This document shows positions 16,372-25,899 of a DNA stretch of 64,000 nt, in pieces. Source of the stretch: Candidatus Shapirobacteria bacterium (lineage in GTDB: Bacteria; Patescibacteriota; Microgenomatia; UM-FILTER-40-11); contig JAGVBK010000002.1 of NCBI GenBank assembly GCA_020059745.1, positions 2,414 to 66,413 of the forward strand, in the 5' to 3' direction. Each line of letters begins with the position of its first letter. The stretch's first letter is position 1. The notes beneath the pieces were generated by a model. It did not search any database. It worked only from the letters and a program-made list of their open reading frames with translations, and had not been told where the DNA came from. The position numbers and the translations under genes were made by a program.

Positions 16372-16686
16372 CTGGAGGAGTCAAAAAAGACCGAAATCCA
16401 CCTACGAGCGGGTGGTTTTTCCACAAAATAAATCCTCCAAAAAAGTGCGCAGGGGCGTTCGAGCTCTACCCCGTCTGTATGCCTCCTGTTGTATCATCCC
16501 TGCGCACTTTACCTTTTCTTGACCTTAAAACAAATTTTTCATATAATGATTTATCAAGGCGTTTGCATGAGAATTAACCAACCTCAAAGCCAAGACGAAA
16601 CTCATCGTAAAAGAGTAAAATAAAGAATAAATTAAGAGTGGAACCGTGGTTTTTAAGACCGCCTCTTTAAAAGGGCGGTTTTTTGT
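16372..16686 (+). promoter_or_regulatory. putative T-box riboswitch leader of thrS, including the intrinsic terminator at about 16657-16686
   Basis: At 16629-16649 AAATTAAGAGTGGAACCGTGG closely resembles the T-box consensus AAUUAGGGUGGUACCGCGG. A terminator hairpin plus T-run (ACCGCCTCTTTAAAAGGGCGGTTTTTT) follows immediately. Upstream GC-rich stems lie at 16405-16425 and 16447-16509, and the first hairpin loop contains ACG-A (Thr codon plus purine). Confidence 0.5.
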
Positions 16687-16700
16687 TTAATAATAGATGT

Positions 16701-16928
16701 ATGGCAGTAGATACTAAAGAAAGTAATTTTAAAATATTGTTTAAGAATTTCTTAGGAGGTCTAGGTTGGGCCGTTGGCGCCACTTTCGGGTTTACTCTTT
16801 TTGTGGCGATTGTCACTTTTGTTTTAAGAAGCCTGGGCGGGCTTCCTGTAGTAGGTGACTTTTTTGCCGGAATCATTGAAGCCACCCAAGAAGCTCTTGA
16901 ATCAAGAGGAATGATTAAATTAAGGTAA
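16701..16928 (+). CDS. small membrane protein (about 75 aa), hypothetical; first ORF after the leader
   Basis: ATG at 16701 gives MAVDTKESNF...GWAVGATFGFTLFVAIVTFVL with one or two TM segments. The track ORF starts at an upstream TTG inside the terminator. Confidence 0.4.
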   Translation: MAVDTKESNFKILFKNFLGGLGWAVGATFGFTLFVAIVTFVLRSLGGLPVVGDFFAGIIEATQEALESRGMIKLR

Positions 16929-16930
16929 AC

Positions 16931-18712
16931 ATGGAAGAACAGAAACAAAAACTAAAAATACTGGAAACATTAAGACACAGCGCAAGCCATTTGCTGGCGG
17001 CGGCAGTGCTTGAAATGTGGCCAGAAACCAAGCTTGGAATCGGCCCTGCCATTGAAAACGGCTTTTATTATGACTTTGACTTTAAAGAGCCAATCACAGA
17101 GGCAGACCTTCCCAAAATTGAAGAAAAAATGGCGGAAATTAAAAAAAGGAATCTTACCATTACATGCAGAGAAGTCTTAATAAATGAAGCCAAAGAAATA
17201 TTTAAAGACCAGCCCTTTAAGCTTGAACTCATAAACGACCTTGAAAAAGATGAGGGGATTAAAAAAGTCAGCCTTTATAAGTTGGGGAGTTTTGAGGATT
17301 TATGCCGTGGTCCTCATCTGGAAAACTCCAACCTGATCGGCCCTTTCAAGCTCCTTTCGCTCGCCGGCGCTTACTGGAAAGGGAATGAAAAAAATAAAAT
17401 GTTAACCAGGATTTACGGCACCTCATTTTCTTCACAAAAAGAGCTTGACAGCTACTTAAATTTTCTCAAGGAAGCCGAGCTAAGAAACCATCGGAAAATC
17501 GGCAAAGACCTGGATTTATTCAGCATTAACGAAAATGTCGGCCCTGGGCTTATTCTTTGGCATCCGAAATTATCCGCCACCAGAGAGGTGATCGAAGAAT
17601 ATTGGCGCAAAGAACACCGCAAAAGGGGATACCAATATATATATTCTCCCCATATCGGACTTGATAATCTTTGGAAAACCTCCGGACATCTTGATTTCTT
17701 TGAAGAGGGGATGTATCCGCCGATGCTAATGGAAAGCAAAGATAAAAAAGAAAAAACCCGGTATTTCATAAAACCAATGAATTGCCCTTTTCATATTTTG
17801 ATTTATAAAAACCGGCCTCGAAGCTATCGCGAATTACCAATAAGATATTGTGAACTGGGAACAGTTTACCGCTATGAAGAATCCGGGGTCTTAAATGGGA
17901 TGCTTAGGGTAAGAGGCTTTACTCAAGACGATGCCCATCTTATTGTCAGGGAAGATCAATTTGTCGAAGAAGTAAACAAAGTGTTGGACTTTGCTCTTGA
18001 ATTAAACAAGGCTTTTGGGTTTGACAAGCTCAAAGTTTACCTGTCTCTCAGAGATCCAGAAAATAAAGACAAATATGTAGGTAGTGAAGAAAACTGGCAG
18101 TTAGCGGAAAAAACACTCAAGGAAATTTTAGAAAAAAGAAAGGTGGAATATAGAGAAGATGTCGGGGGGGCAAAATTCTACGGACCAGCGATTGATCTTA
18201 AGGCAGTAGACAGCCTGGGCAGAGAATGGCAGGGAACAACAATCCAGCTAGATTTCAACGAACCCCAAAAATTCGAGATGACTTATATTGGTAAAGATGG
18301 AAAAGAGCACGCCCCTATTATGCTTCACCGCACCTTGCTTGGCTCAATGGAAAGGTTTGTCGCAACCTTGATTGAACAATATGCCGGCGCATTTCCGGTT
18401 TGGCTTGCACCGGTTCAGGTAAAAGTAATTCCTATCTCCGAGAAAAACTTAGAATACGGAAAGAAAATCACTGAAAAAATGATTGAGGAAAATATTAGGG
18501 TTGAGCTTGACGACAGGGATGAAAGAATGCAGGCAAAAATTAGGGACGCAGAACACGAAAAAGTGCCTTACATGCTTATAGTCGGAGCCAAAGAAGAGCG
18601 GGGCAATGCCGTTAGCGTCAGAATGAGAGGGGAAAAAGACCTCGGACCCCAAGCCTTCAGTGACTTTTTTAAGCAAATTAGTGAAGATATTGATAAAAAA
18701 AGGCAAGTTTGA
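16931..18712 (+). CDS. thrS: threonine--tRNA ligase (no N-terminal TGS domain; starts at the editing domain)
   Basis: HSASHLLAAAV editing-domain motif, class II motifs 2/3 (YRYEESG..., GSMERFVATLIE), and a C-terminal anticodon-binding domain. Confidence 0.9.
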   Translation: MEEQKQKLKILETLRHSASHLLAAAVLEMWPETKLGIGPAIENGFYYDFDFKEPITEADLPKIEEKMAEIKKRNLTITCREVLINEAKEIFKDQPFKLELINDLEKDEGIKKVSLYKLGSFEDLCRGPHLENSNLIGPFKLLSLAGAYWKGNEKNKMLTRIYGTSFSSQKELDSYLNFLKEAELRNHRKIGKDLDLFSINENVGPGLILWHPKLSATREVIEEYWRKEHRKRGYQYIYSPHIGLDNLWKTSGHLDFFEEGMYPPMLMESKDKKEKTRYFIKPMNCPFHILIYKNRPRSYRELPIRYCELGTVYRYEESGVLNGMLRVRGFTQDDAHLIVREDQFVEEVNKVLDFALELNKAFGFDKLKVYLSLRDPENKDKYVGSEENWQLAEKTLKEILEKRKVEYREDVGGAKFYGPAIDLKAVDSLGREWQGTTIQLDFNEPQKFEMTYIGKDGKEHAPIMLHRTLLGSMERFVATLIEQYAGAFPVWLAPVQVKVIPISEKNLEYGKKITEKMIEENIRVELDDRDERMQAKIRDAEHEKVPYMLIVGAKEERGNAVSVRMRGEKDLGPQAFSDFFKQISEDIDKKRQV

Positions 18713-18749
18713 TAAACTATGCTCTGATTGAAAACACGCGAAATGAACT

Positions 18750-19340
18750 TTGCGGGTTTTTGGGAAAATAAAACAAATCGTGGGAAAATTTTACCGAATT
18801 AATCAATACATACAAGCAAGAGAGGTTAGGGTTGTTGATGAAAAAGGCAAACAAATTGGCGTAATGCCGATTTTTAATGCCATTCAGAAAGCAAAAGAAC
18901 TGGGCGGTGACCTTATTGAGGTTGCCCCGAACGCTAAACCTCCGGTGTGTAAAATAATAGACTTTAAGAAATTTAAATATCTTGAAGCTAAAAAAGAAAG
19001 AGAAGAAAAAAGAGGACAAAAAGGAGGAGAGCTTAAAGAAGTAAGGCTGTCTCCGTTTATTGCCTCCAATGATTTAAACACCAGAGTTAAAAGGGCAAAA
19101 GAATTTTTAGAAGACGGCGACAAGGTAAAAATCAGGGTTAGATTTTCAGGAAGGGAACTAGGTAAAAAAGAGTTCGGGTTAAAAATAATTAACCAAATTA
19201 CTGAGAAGCTTAAAGATATTTCTGCCCCCGAAGGAGAGCCAAGATTTCAGGGAAGAGAAATGTTTTTAACCCTCTCACCGATAAAACAAAACATAAAAAA
19301 ACAAACAGAAGAACCAGAGGGAGAACAAAATGAAGAATAA
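18750..19340 (+). CDS. infC: translation initiation factor IF-3
   Basis: RINQYIQAREVRVVDEKGKQIGVM matches the IF3 N-domain. The C-domain ...LKEVRLSPFIASNDLNTRVKRAKEFL is also present. Confidence 0.85.
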   Translation: MRVFGKIKQIVGKFYRINQYIQAREVRVVDEKGKQIGVMPIFNAIQKAKELGGDLIEVAPNAKPPVCKIIDFKKFKYLEAKKEREEKRGQKGGELKEVRLSPFIASNDLNTRVKRAKEFLEDGDKVKIRVRFSGRELGKKEFGLKIINQITEKLKDISAPEGEPRFQGREMFLTLSPIKQNIKKQTEEPEGEQNEE

Positions 19341-19530
19341 AATGAAAACAAAAAAATCAGTGTTAAGAAGAGTAAAAATTACTGCCAGCGGCAAGATCCT
19401 TCACGGCTCTAATTTCAAAAGACACTTAAGAAGAAACAAAACAAAATCTCAGCTAAGAAGACTTAAAAAAACAAAAGAGTTTTCTTCTGCCGTTAATTTA
19501 AAAGTTAAAAAAGCGCTAGGAGTATCATGA
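19330..19530 (+). CDS. rpmI: 50S ribosomal protein L35
   Basis: MKTKKSVLRRVKITASGKIL...; basic 66-aa protein. The infC-rpmI-rplT order is conserved. Confidence 0.9.
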   Translation: MKNKMKTKKSVLRRVKITASGKILHGSNFKRHLRRNKTKSQLRRLKKTKEFSSAVNLKVKKALGVS

Positions 19531-19871
19531 GAGTAAAAACAGGATTTTCAAGAAAAAGAGCTCATAAAAAGGTTTTAAAGCAAGCCAAAGGTTACCGGAT
19601 GACCAAAAGAAGGCTTATTAAAGTCGCCAAAGAAGCCTTGCTTCATGCCGGAGTCTACGCTTACGCAGGAAGAAAGCAAAAAAAGCAGGAACAAAGAAAA
19701 CTTTGGATTACAAGAATAAACGGCGCTTTAACTGACACCGGGCTTTCATACAGCAATTTTGTTAAGGCAATGAAGGACAAAAATATTGAACTTGATAGAA
19801 AAGTTTTAGCGCAAATCATAAAAGAAGATCCTGAAGCCTTTAAAAAAATCGTTGAAGAGGTTAAAGGATAA
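19527..19871 (+). CDS. rplT: 50S ribosomal protein L20
   Basis: MRVKTGFSRKRAHKKVLKQAKGYR...; 114 aa. Confidence 0.9.
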   Translation: MRVKTGFSRKRAHKKVLKQAKGYRMTKRRLIKVAKEALLHAGVYAYAGRKQKKQEQRKLWITRINGALTDTGLSYSNFVKAMKDKNIELDRKVLAQIIKEDPEAFKKIVEEVKG

Positions 19872-20055
19872 ATGTTAATTAAAGGCAATGAAGGGGAGAT
19901 GTTCGCCCCGGAGCTGTCCCGCTGAACTTACAGTAAGCGGGACCGGGATTCGCTTCGTCAAAGCGAAAAGGTGTGTCGCCTGAAAAGGACGGAGCACTTT
20001 CTTAAAGTTAAATAAACAGCAGAAAGTAGTCCCGCCGTTGGCGGGATTTTTTTTT
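19872..20055 (+). promoter_or_regulatory. attenuator-like leader between rplT and pheS: a 17-aa leader ORF, four mutually complementary segments and an intrinsic terminator
   Basis: ATG follows the rplT stop directly (MLIKGNEGEMFAPELSR, 19872-19925). The four segments are GTCCCGCT (19915-22), AGCGGGAC (19936-43), GTCCCGCC (20029-36) and GGCGGGA (20040-46), followed by T9. Segments 1:2, 2:3 and 3:4 can pair alternately. Confidence 0.4.
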
Positions 20056-20084
20056 AAGAATCATGTAAGCTATAAATAGCAAAA

Positions 20085-21131
20085 ATGATTAAAAACCAAG
20101 TAAATAACCTGAAAAATGAGGCAGTAGGAGAAATCCTTGAAGCCAAAGACGAAAAAACACTGGAAGAAATCAGAACTAGGTTTTTGGGCAGGTCGGGAAA
20201 GATAAACGAACTGACAAAAGAAATACCCAAGTTTTCTTCTGAAGAAAAGGAAGAAATCGGCAAGCTTATTAACGAAACTAAAAAAACCATTGAAAGTCTC
20301 CTTTCTGAAACTAAAACAAAGTTAAACAGTAAAAAAGAAAAAGAAGAATGGTTTGATGTCACTCTCCCGGGAGAAAAAGTTCCTTTGGGCAGCTTACACC
20401 TGATCACAAAAACCATAAATGAAATTTCAGATATTTTTGCCAGAATTGGCTTTAAAAGAGCCAGATACCCTGAGGTAGAATGGGATTGGTATGCCTTCGA
20501 AGGGCTTAATTTTCCGGAAAATCATCCCGCAAGAGACGAATGGGAAACTTTTTTTGTCGATAACCTTTACAGCAAAAAATATGGCCGGGGGCTTTTAACC
20601 CCGCACACCTCTTCTGGCCAATTAAGGGAAATGGAAGCTACTAAACCCCCAATAAGAATGCTTAACATCGCCAAATGCTACCGCCGTCAGTCAGACATTT
20701 CTCATTCCCCAATGTTTTACCAGTTTGAAGGTTTGGTTGTAGACAAAGGCATTAACATTACCCATCTAAAAGGAACGCTTGATTATTTTTTCAAACAGTT
20801 TTTCGGTCCAAAAAGAGAGGCAAGAATCAGGCCTTTTCATTTTCAGTTTACCGAGCCTTCTTTTGAGGTTGATGTTTCTTGTTCTGAGTGTTTAGGGACA
20901 GGAAAACTAAAAAATGGCGAGGTTTGCCGTGTTTGCAAAGAAGGCTGGCTGGAAATAGGAGGAGCAGGCATGGTTCATCCGAATGTTTTAAAGAACGGAG
21001 GCATTGATCCTGAAGAGTTTACCGGGTTTGCCTTTGGTTGGGGAGTGGAAAGGGTTTTAATGATGAAATACGGCATCGGTGACATAAGATTGCTTTTCGA
21101 GGGAGATTTAAGATTTTTAAAACAATTTTAA
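20085..21131 (+). CDS. pheS: phenylalanine--tRNA ligase alpha subunit
   Basis: Class II catalytic core FQFEGLVVDKGI..., motif 3 GFAFGWGVERVLMM. Confidence 0.9.
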   Translation: MIKNQVNNLKNEAVGEILEAKDEKTLEEIRTRFLGRSGKINELTKEIPKFSSEEKEEIGKLINETKKTIESLLSETKTKLNSKKEKEEWFDVTLPGEKVPLGSLHLITKTINEISDIFARIGFKRARYPEVEWDWYAFEGLNFPENHPARDEWETFFVDNLYSKKYGRGLLTPHTSSGQLREMEATKPPIRMLNIAKCYRRQSDISHSPMFYQFEGLVVDKGINITHLKGTLDYFFKQFFGPKREARIRPFHFQFTEPSFEVDVSCSECLGTGKLKNGEVCRVCKEGWLEIGGAGMVHPNVLKNGGIDPEEFTGFAFGWGVERVLMMKYGIGDIRLLFEGDLRFLKQF

Positions 21132-21137
21132 TTTAAT

Positions 21138-23183
21138 ATGAATATTGTAATTCCCGATTCCTGGTTAAGAGAATACATAAAAACCGAGGCAAAACCAACC
21201 GAAATTGCCAAGTATCTTTCTTTATGCAGCCAGTCAGTGGAAAGACTGGAAAAAACCGGAGTAGATTTTATTTATGACATTGAAATTACTACAAACCGGC
21301 CTGACTGCATGTCGGTTTACGGAATCGCCCGCGAACTTTCTGCGATTTTACCAAGATTTGACATTAAAGCAGAGCTCCTTCCTATTCCCCAAGAAAATCT
21401 TAAAGTAAGTCCACAAAAGAAAAAACTGAATTTTGAGGTAGAGATTACCAAGCCATCCCTTTGTCCAAGATTTACCGCTCTTGTCTTTGATAGTGTTGTT
21501 ATCAAAACTTCTCCGAGGTTTGTTAAGGATAGGCTTGAAAAAGCTGGAATCAGGAGTTTAAACAATGTCATTGATATTTCAAACTATTTAATGATTGAGC
21601 TTGGCCAGCCCATGCATACTTTTGACTATGACAAAATCGGCCAAGGGAAAATGATTTTAAGGGAATCAAAACCAGGCGAAAAAATAGTTACCCTGGACGG
21701 CCAAACCAGACTTCTTGCGCCGGGAACTACAATTATTGAAGACGGAGACGGAAGGATAATTGATTTGTGTGGCATTATGGGAGGAAAAAATTCAGAAGTT
21801 GATGAAAACACCAAGAGGGTCCTTTTATTTGTCCAAACTTATGATCCCCTAAGAATTAGGAGAGCCTGCCAAGCCCTTTCTTTCAGAACTGATGCTGCCA
21901 GCAGGTTTGAAAAAGGAGTTGACCCAGAAGGAGTGATGATTGCAATGAAAAGAGCAACCGGGCTTTTTAAGGACTGGGCTCATGCAGAAACAGCAAGCAA
22001 GCTTTATGATATTTATCCAAACCCGCCAAAGCAAAAAAAAGTAACCCTCAGAAAAGAAAAATTAAACGCTGTCACAGGGCTCGAAGTAAAAGTTGAAAAT
22101 GCGGCTAAAATCCTTACAAGTTTAGGTTTTGCCACAGAAATAAAAAACTCAGGGCAAATAGTTTCTGAAGTTCCACATTGGCGCGATCAAGACATAAATA
22201 TTCCCGAGGATTTAGTTGAAGAAATTGCCAGAATTTACGGCTACTTTAATTTACCAAACGTTTTGCCGCCAATAAGCTTTCCTCAAAAGCCTGATCCAAT
22301 CTTTGAACTGGAAAATATTCTTAAACAGAGTCTCAAATACCGTGGCTTTACGGAAGTGCCGACTTACTCCCTGGTAAGCGCGGAAATGCTTAACAAGGCC
22401 AAAATCGAAAAAGAAAACCTGCTAAAACTTTCAAACCCCCTTTCTGAGGAGCTCTTATATTTAAGAACTTCTCTTCTTCCCAGCTTAATCGCGGTTGTCT
22501 CCAAAAATATTAACCTGATCCTTCAGAAAACTGAAGAAAACGAAAATAAGATTAAAATTTTTGAGCTTTCAAATGTATATATTCCGCAAGACAGCGAAAC
22601 TCTTCCTAAAGAAGTCCCCACCTTGACTTTTATAATTGCCGAGGGTGATTTTTTTGAAGCCAAAGGTATTCTTGAGTCGCTTATTTACGATCTCAATGTT
22701 TCAGGCATTAACTATCAAAATACAGAAGAGGATAGCCTCGTTAATCATTTAAAAGCCGCTGATATTGTTGCCGGTAAAGATAAAATCGGCAGAGTGGGGG
22801 AACTTAGCAAAGAAATGCTCCTCAATTTTGGCGTCAACTTAAAAGTATCGTTCTTGGAACTTGATTTAAGTCTCCTTTTAGAAAAAGCTTTTAAAGAAAA
22901 AAAGCTTATTCCCATACCTAAATATCCTCCGATCATTGAGGACATGACCTTCATTATTCCCGACAAGGTAACAGTTTCTTCGGTAATTCAATCTATAAAA
23001 CTATCCAGTTCTTTAATTAAAAGCGTCAGCTTAATCAACTCTTACGACAACTCAAGAACTTTCAGAATCACTTTTCAGTCAAGGGAAAGAAATTTAACAG
23101 ATAAAGACACTCTAAAAATCCGAGGAGAAATTATCACTAACCTTTCAAAGTTAGGAGTTAATCTTAAACAAAAAGAGGGCTAA
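21138..23183 (+). CDS. pheT: phenylalanine--tRNA ligase beta subunit (short form, 681 aa)
   Basis: B3/B4 and B5-like regions, and a C-terminal FDX-ACB-like region. It lies immediately downstream of pheS. Confidence 0.85.
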   Translation: MNIVIPDSWLREYIKTEAKPTEIAKYLSLCSQSVERLEKTGVDFIYDIEITTNRPDCMSVYGIARELSAILPRFDIKAELLPIPQENLKVSPQKKKLNFEVEITKPSLCPRFTALVFDSVVIKTSPRFVKDRLEKAGIRSLNNVIDISNYLMIELGQPMHTFDYDKIGQGKMILRESKPGEKIVTLDGQTRLLAPGTTIIEDGDGRIIDLCGIMGGKNSEVDENTKRVLLFVQTYDPLRIRRACQALSFRTDAASRFEKGVDPEGVMIAMKRATGLFKDWAHAETASKLYDIYPNPPKQKKVTLRKEKLNAVTGLEVKVENAAKILTSLGFATEIKNSGQIVSEVPHWRDQDINIPEDLVEEIARIYGYFNLPNVLPPISFPQKPDPIFELENILKQSLKYRGFTEVPTYSLVSAEMLNKAKIEKENLLKLSNPLSEELLYLRTSLLPSLIAVVSKNINLILQKTEENENKIKIFELSNVYIPQDSETLPKEVPTLTFIIAEGDFFEAKGILESLIYDLNVSGINYQNTEEDSLVNHLKAADIVAGKDKIGRVGELSKEMLLNFGVNLKVSFLELDLSLLLEKAFKEKKLIPIPKYPPIIEDMTFIIPDKVTVSSVIQSIKLSSSLIKSVSLINSYDNSRTFRITFQSRERNLTDKDTLKIRGEIITNLSKLGVNLKQKEG

Positions 23184-23185
23184 AT

Positions 23186-25837
23186 TCATTCGTCCGAGGT
23201 AGGTACCGGAGTCGGCTGAGGAGTATTGGTTGGCTGGGGGGTGGCGGTTGGCTCAACATAATCCCAAGGAACATTTACTCCAATTTTTATTTCCGAAGAG
23301 CCTTCATGGTCCTTCTCGTCTTTAGCTTCCGCTTTTATTGTATATGTTCCATCAGAGAGAGTAAGATCAAACTCATAAGGCCTTGAGCTAAAAGCTTTCT
23401 TTTCCTGGCCGTTAACATAAATTTTTACACTTTTAATATCGTAAGAGGAAACTGGCTTAACTTTTACAGTAAAACTGGAGCCTTGCTGTGACCTGTCGCC
23501 CGGGCTTTCAAAAATAACATGAACCTGGTCCGAAGTGTTGCAATACTCGGTCGGTGGGTGATAGCGGGAATCCTGTTGTTTGGAAAGCCAGTCGTCAATG
23601 CCTTTCTGCCAACGGTTAAGCTCCCCGGAAGCGGCAAAGGGGTCTTTCTCTTTAAAAATGAAATACTCCTTTTCTTCATAGTCTCCCCGGGCAATGTCAA
23701 CCAGTGTGGCCAATTTACCCTGAGACCGGCAAAGCTTTAATTTTTTGTGAATGGGGTCTTCTCCTACAGGTTCTGTTCCTTGAATAAAGTATTCGGTTCT
23801 TTGTGGAAATCCGTCATGGGCTCTGTAACCAGAGACAGTATCAACTTCAGCAGTCACAATTCCGGGCGGAATTTCAAATTCTTCAACCGGCAGATTTTTT
23901 AAAGCCTCAAGAATTGTCTTCCTCCAAATCGGAGTAGCGCCGGAAACACCGGAAGCAACTTGTTTCATTGAAGTGTTATCATTATTACCCACCCAGGCAG
24001 CCACCAAAATCTGCGGAGTCCAGCCAATAGCCCAGTTGTCTTTTTTGTCATTGGTAGTCCCGGTTTTTACTGCCACTTGGCGGTTTGGAATTTTAAGCAA
24101 ACTGTTTAAGCCAAAGGTCATTTCGCGGGCAGTATTATCAGAAAGAATATGGGAAATTAAAAAAGCTTCCGGCTCGGTAAGAACCCTTTTCCCGGGAATG
24201 GAATTCATCTCTTCCAAAACATTACCATCTTTATCCGTTACTTTCAGGATTGCCAAAGGCTCGGTTTTAAGACCGCCGTTGGCAAAAGCGCAATAGGAAG
24301 AAGCAAGCTCAATCATTTTTATTTCGCCGCCGCCTAAAGTCACTGATAAACCCAAGCGGGAAAGGTTTTCCTTTGTCGGCTCAAGGGTGGAAAGACCCAT
24401 ATTATAGGCAGTGGTTAACATATCTTTAATTCCCACCAAAGCTAGGGTTTTAACAGCGGTAATGTTAATTGAATTTCCCAACGAATACCTTAACTGCATA
24501 GGTCCGTGTTCCTTACCGTCATAATTAGTAGGAATATAGTCGGGTTTCCCGGTTCCTCCGGGAAAGGAGGTAAGAGTATCCATGAGCATAAAAGAAGGAG
24601 AGTAGCCTTCTTTTAAAGCAGTCACATAAGTTACCGGCTTAATGGCGCTTCCCGGCTGGCGCAAGCCTTGAGTTACTACATTAAACTTGCCGTCATAGTC
24701 GGGATCGTCATAACTTTTACTGCCTACCATTGCTAGAATTTCTCCTGTTTTAGTGTTTAGAACTACGGAAGCGCCATTAGTGATATGATAATTTTCAACT
24801 TTTTCAATTTCAGAAGAGACAATTTCCTGAGCTTTTTCCTGAAGTTCCAAATCAAGAGTAGTAGTCACTCTCATGCCGCCAAGTTCAACCGCTTTTTCGC
24901 CATATCGTTCCTCAAGGATTTTTTTTACATGCATAACAAAATGGGGCGCTTTGAGTGTTCCGCTTTGAGTGGAAAACTCAAGGGTATCAATTTCTTTAAT
25001 CGAAACTTCTTCTTCCTCTGGGGAAATATAGCCGTCTTCCTTCATTCTTCTTAACACCGCCTCTGTTCTTTCTTTATAGCCGGTCGGGTCCTGGCCGTAA
25101 GGAGAATAACGAGTCGGGCTTTGGGGCAAACCTGCCAAAAAAGCAGACTCAGTTAAAGAAAGCTCCGAAGCGCTTTTGGCAAAATAGGTTCTGGCTGCTT
25201 CTTCAACACCCCAGATTGTCCCTCCGTAAGGGGCTTCGTTTAAATACATCTGCAAAATCTGGTCTTTTGAATATTTTGACTCAATTTCCAAAGCCAAAAC
25301 AAACTCTTTTATTTTTCTTTTAATTGATCTTTCCGGGGTTAAAAGAACATTTTTAACCAGCTGCTGGGTTAAGGTAGATCCTCCTTGAAGCCGGCGCCTG
25401 GCAAAAATTGTGTAGTAAAAAGAGCGAAGATATCCCTTGGGATCAAAGCCTCCGTGGGTGTAGAATTCTTTATCTTCAATCGCCACTGTCGCTTTTTTTA
25501 AATGATCTGAAACTTCATAAAGCTGAACAGGAGTTCTCTTTTGTGATTCGTAAACATCGTAAATAAGCTTGCCATTGCGGTCAAAGATTTTAGTGGCAAA
25601 GCCTTCTTTTCTGACGATCCTGTCAGGCCGGGGAAGTTCTCTAGCCAAAACTACCAACAAAATTCCGGTTAAAAGAGAAAAAGCGATAACAGAAACAAAA
25701 GCCACAAAAGCCACCAGGGCAAAAATCCTTGATTTATCAAACTTTTTGCTTTTTGAAAGAAAATTTCGGTAAGATTGAGGCTGGCGTATTTGCCAAAGCC
25801 TTCTTTTCCAAACACTGCGCCAGCTTAAATTGGACAT
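23186..25837 (-). CDS. class A penicillin-binding protein (PBP1A-type glycosyltransferase plus transpeptidase) with a C-terminal beta-rich extension and a Pro/Thr-rich tail
   Basis: GT51 motifs (EDKEFYTHGGFD, RRLQGGSTLTQQ), transpeptidase SxxK (GSAIKP), SxN (SLGN) and KTG (KTGTT). The tail reads ...EPTATPQPTNTPQPTPVPTSDE. Confidence 0.85.
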   Translation of the reverse strand: MSNLSWRSVWKRRLWQIRQPQSYRNFLSKSKKFDKSRIFALVAFVAFVSVIAFSLLTGILLVVLARELPRPDRIVRKEGFATKIFDRNGKLIYDVYESQKRTPVQLYEVSDHLKKATVAIEDKEFYTHGGFDPKGYLRSFYYTIFARRRLQGGSTLTQQLVKNVLLTPERSIKRKIKEFVLALEIESKYSKDQILQMYLNEAPYGGTIWGVEEAARTYFAKSASELSLTESAFLAGLPQSPTRYSPYGQDPTGYKERTEAVLRRMKEDGYISPEEEEVSIKEIDTLEFSTQSGTLKAPHFVMHVKKILEERYGEKAVELGGMRVTTTLDLELQEKAQEIVSSEIEKVENYHITNGASVVLNTKTGEILAMVGSKSYDDPDYDGKFNVVTQGLRQPGSAIKPVTYVTALKEGYSPSFMLMDTLTSFPGGTGKPDYIPTNYDGKEHGPMQLRYSLGNSINITAVKTLALVGIKDMLTTAYNMGLSTLEPTKENLSRLGLSVTLGGGEIKMIELASSYCAFANGGLKTEPLAILKVTDKDGNVLEEMNSIPGKRVLTEPEAFLISHILSDNTAREMTFGLNSLLKIPNRQVAVKTGTTNDKKDNWAIGWTPQILVAAWVGNNDNTSMKQVASGVSGATPIWRKTILEALKNLPVEEFEIPPGIVTAEVDTVSGYRAHDGFPQRTEYFIQGTEPVGEDPIHKKLKLCRSQGKLATLVDIARGDYEEKEYFIFKEKDPFAASGELNRWQKGIDDWLSKQQDSRYHPPTEYCNTSDQVHVIFESPGDRSQQGSSFTVKVKPVSSYDIKSVKIYVNGQEKKAFSSRPYEFDLTLSDGTYTIKAEAKDEKDHEGSSEIKIGVNVPWDYVEPTATPQPTNTPQPTPVPTSDE

Positions 25838-25899
25838 TACTTAAATATAACATTAAAGAAAGGGCAAAGCAAAATTAGTATGCTATAATTATTTAGTTC

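Noticed and set aside
16380-16560. SRP RNA, RNase P RNA, tmRNA or 6S RNA in the GC-rich hairpins at 16.4 kb and in the xerC-adjacent island (55.1-55.7 kb)
   Set aside because: The hallmark motifs were looked for by eye and not found: the SRP domain IV AGGAAGCAGCC region, the RNase P GGAAAGTCCGG / ACAGAAACCCGGCTTA blocks, and the tmRNA tRNA-like end. These cannot be excluded without covariance-model searches.
16338-16577. 79-aa ORF overlapping the thrS leader
   Set aside because: It lies across the predicted promoter, the GC-rich stems and the T-box-like motif. The Pro/Gly-rich translation looks like a translated structured RNA, not a protein.
18750-18790. Possible non-AUG (AUU) start for infC, as in E. 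coli autoregulation
   Set aside because: The in-frame ATG at 18750 gives an N-terminal length comparable to characterised IF3 proteins, so there is no need to invoke AUU. This cannot be resolved from sequence alone.
19872-20060. T-box riboswitch upstream of pheS, as found for thrS
   Set aside because: No AGGGUGGNACCGCG-like T-box motif precedes the terminator. The complementary-segment pattern fits a peptide-leader attenuator or simple terminator better.
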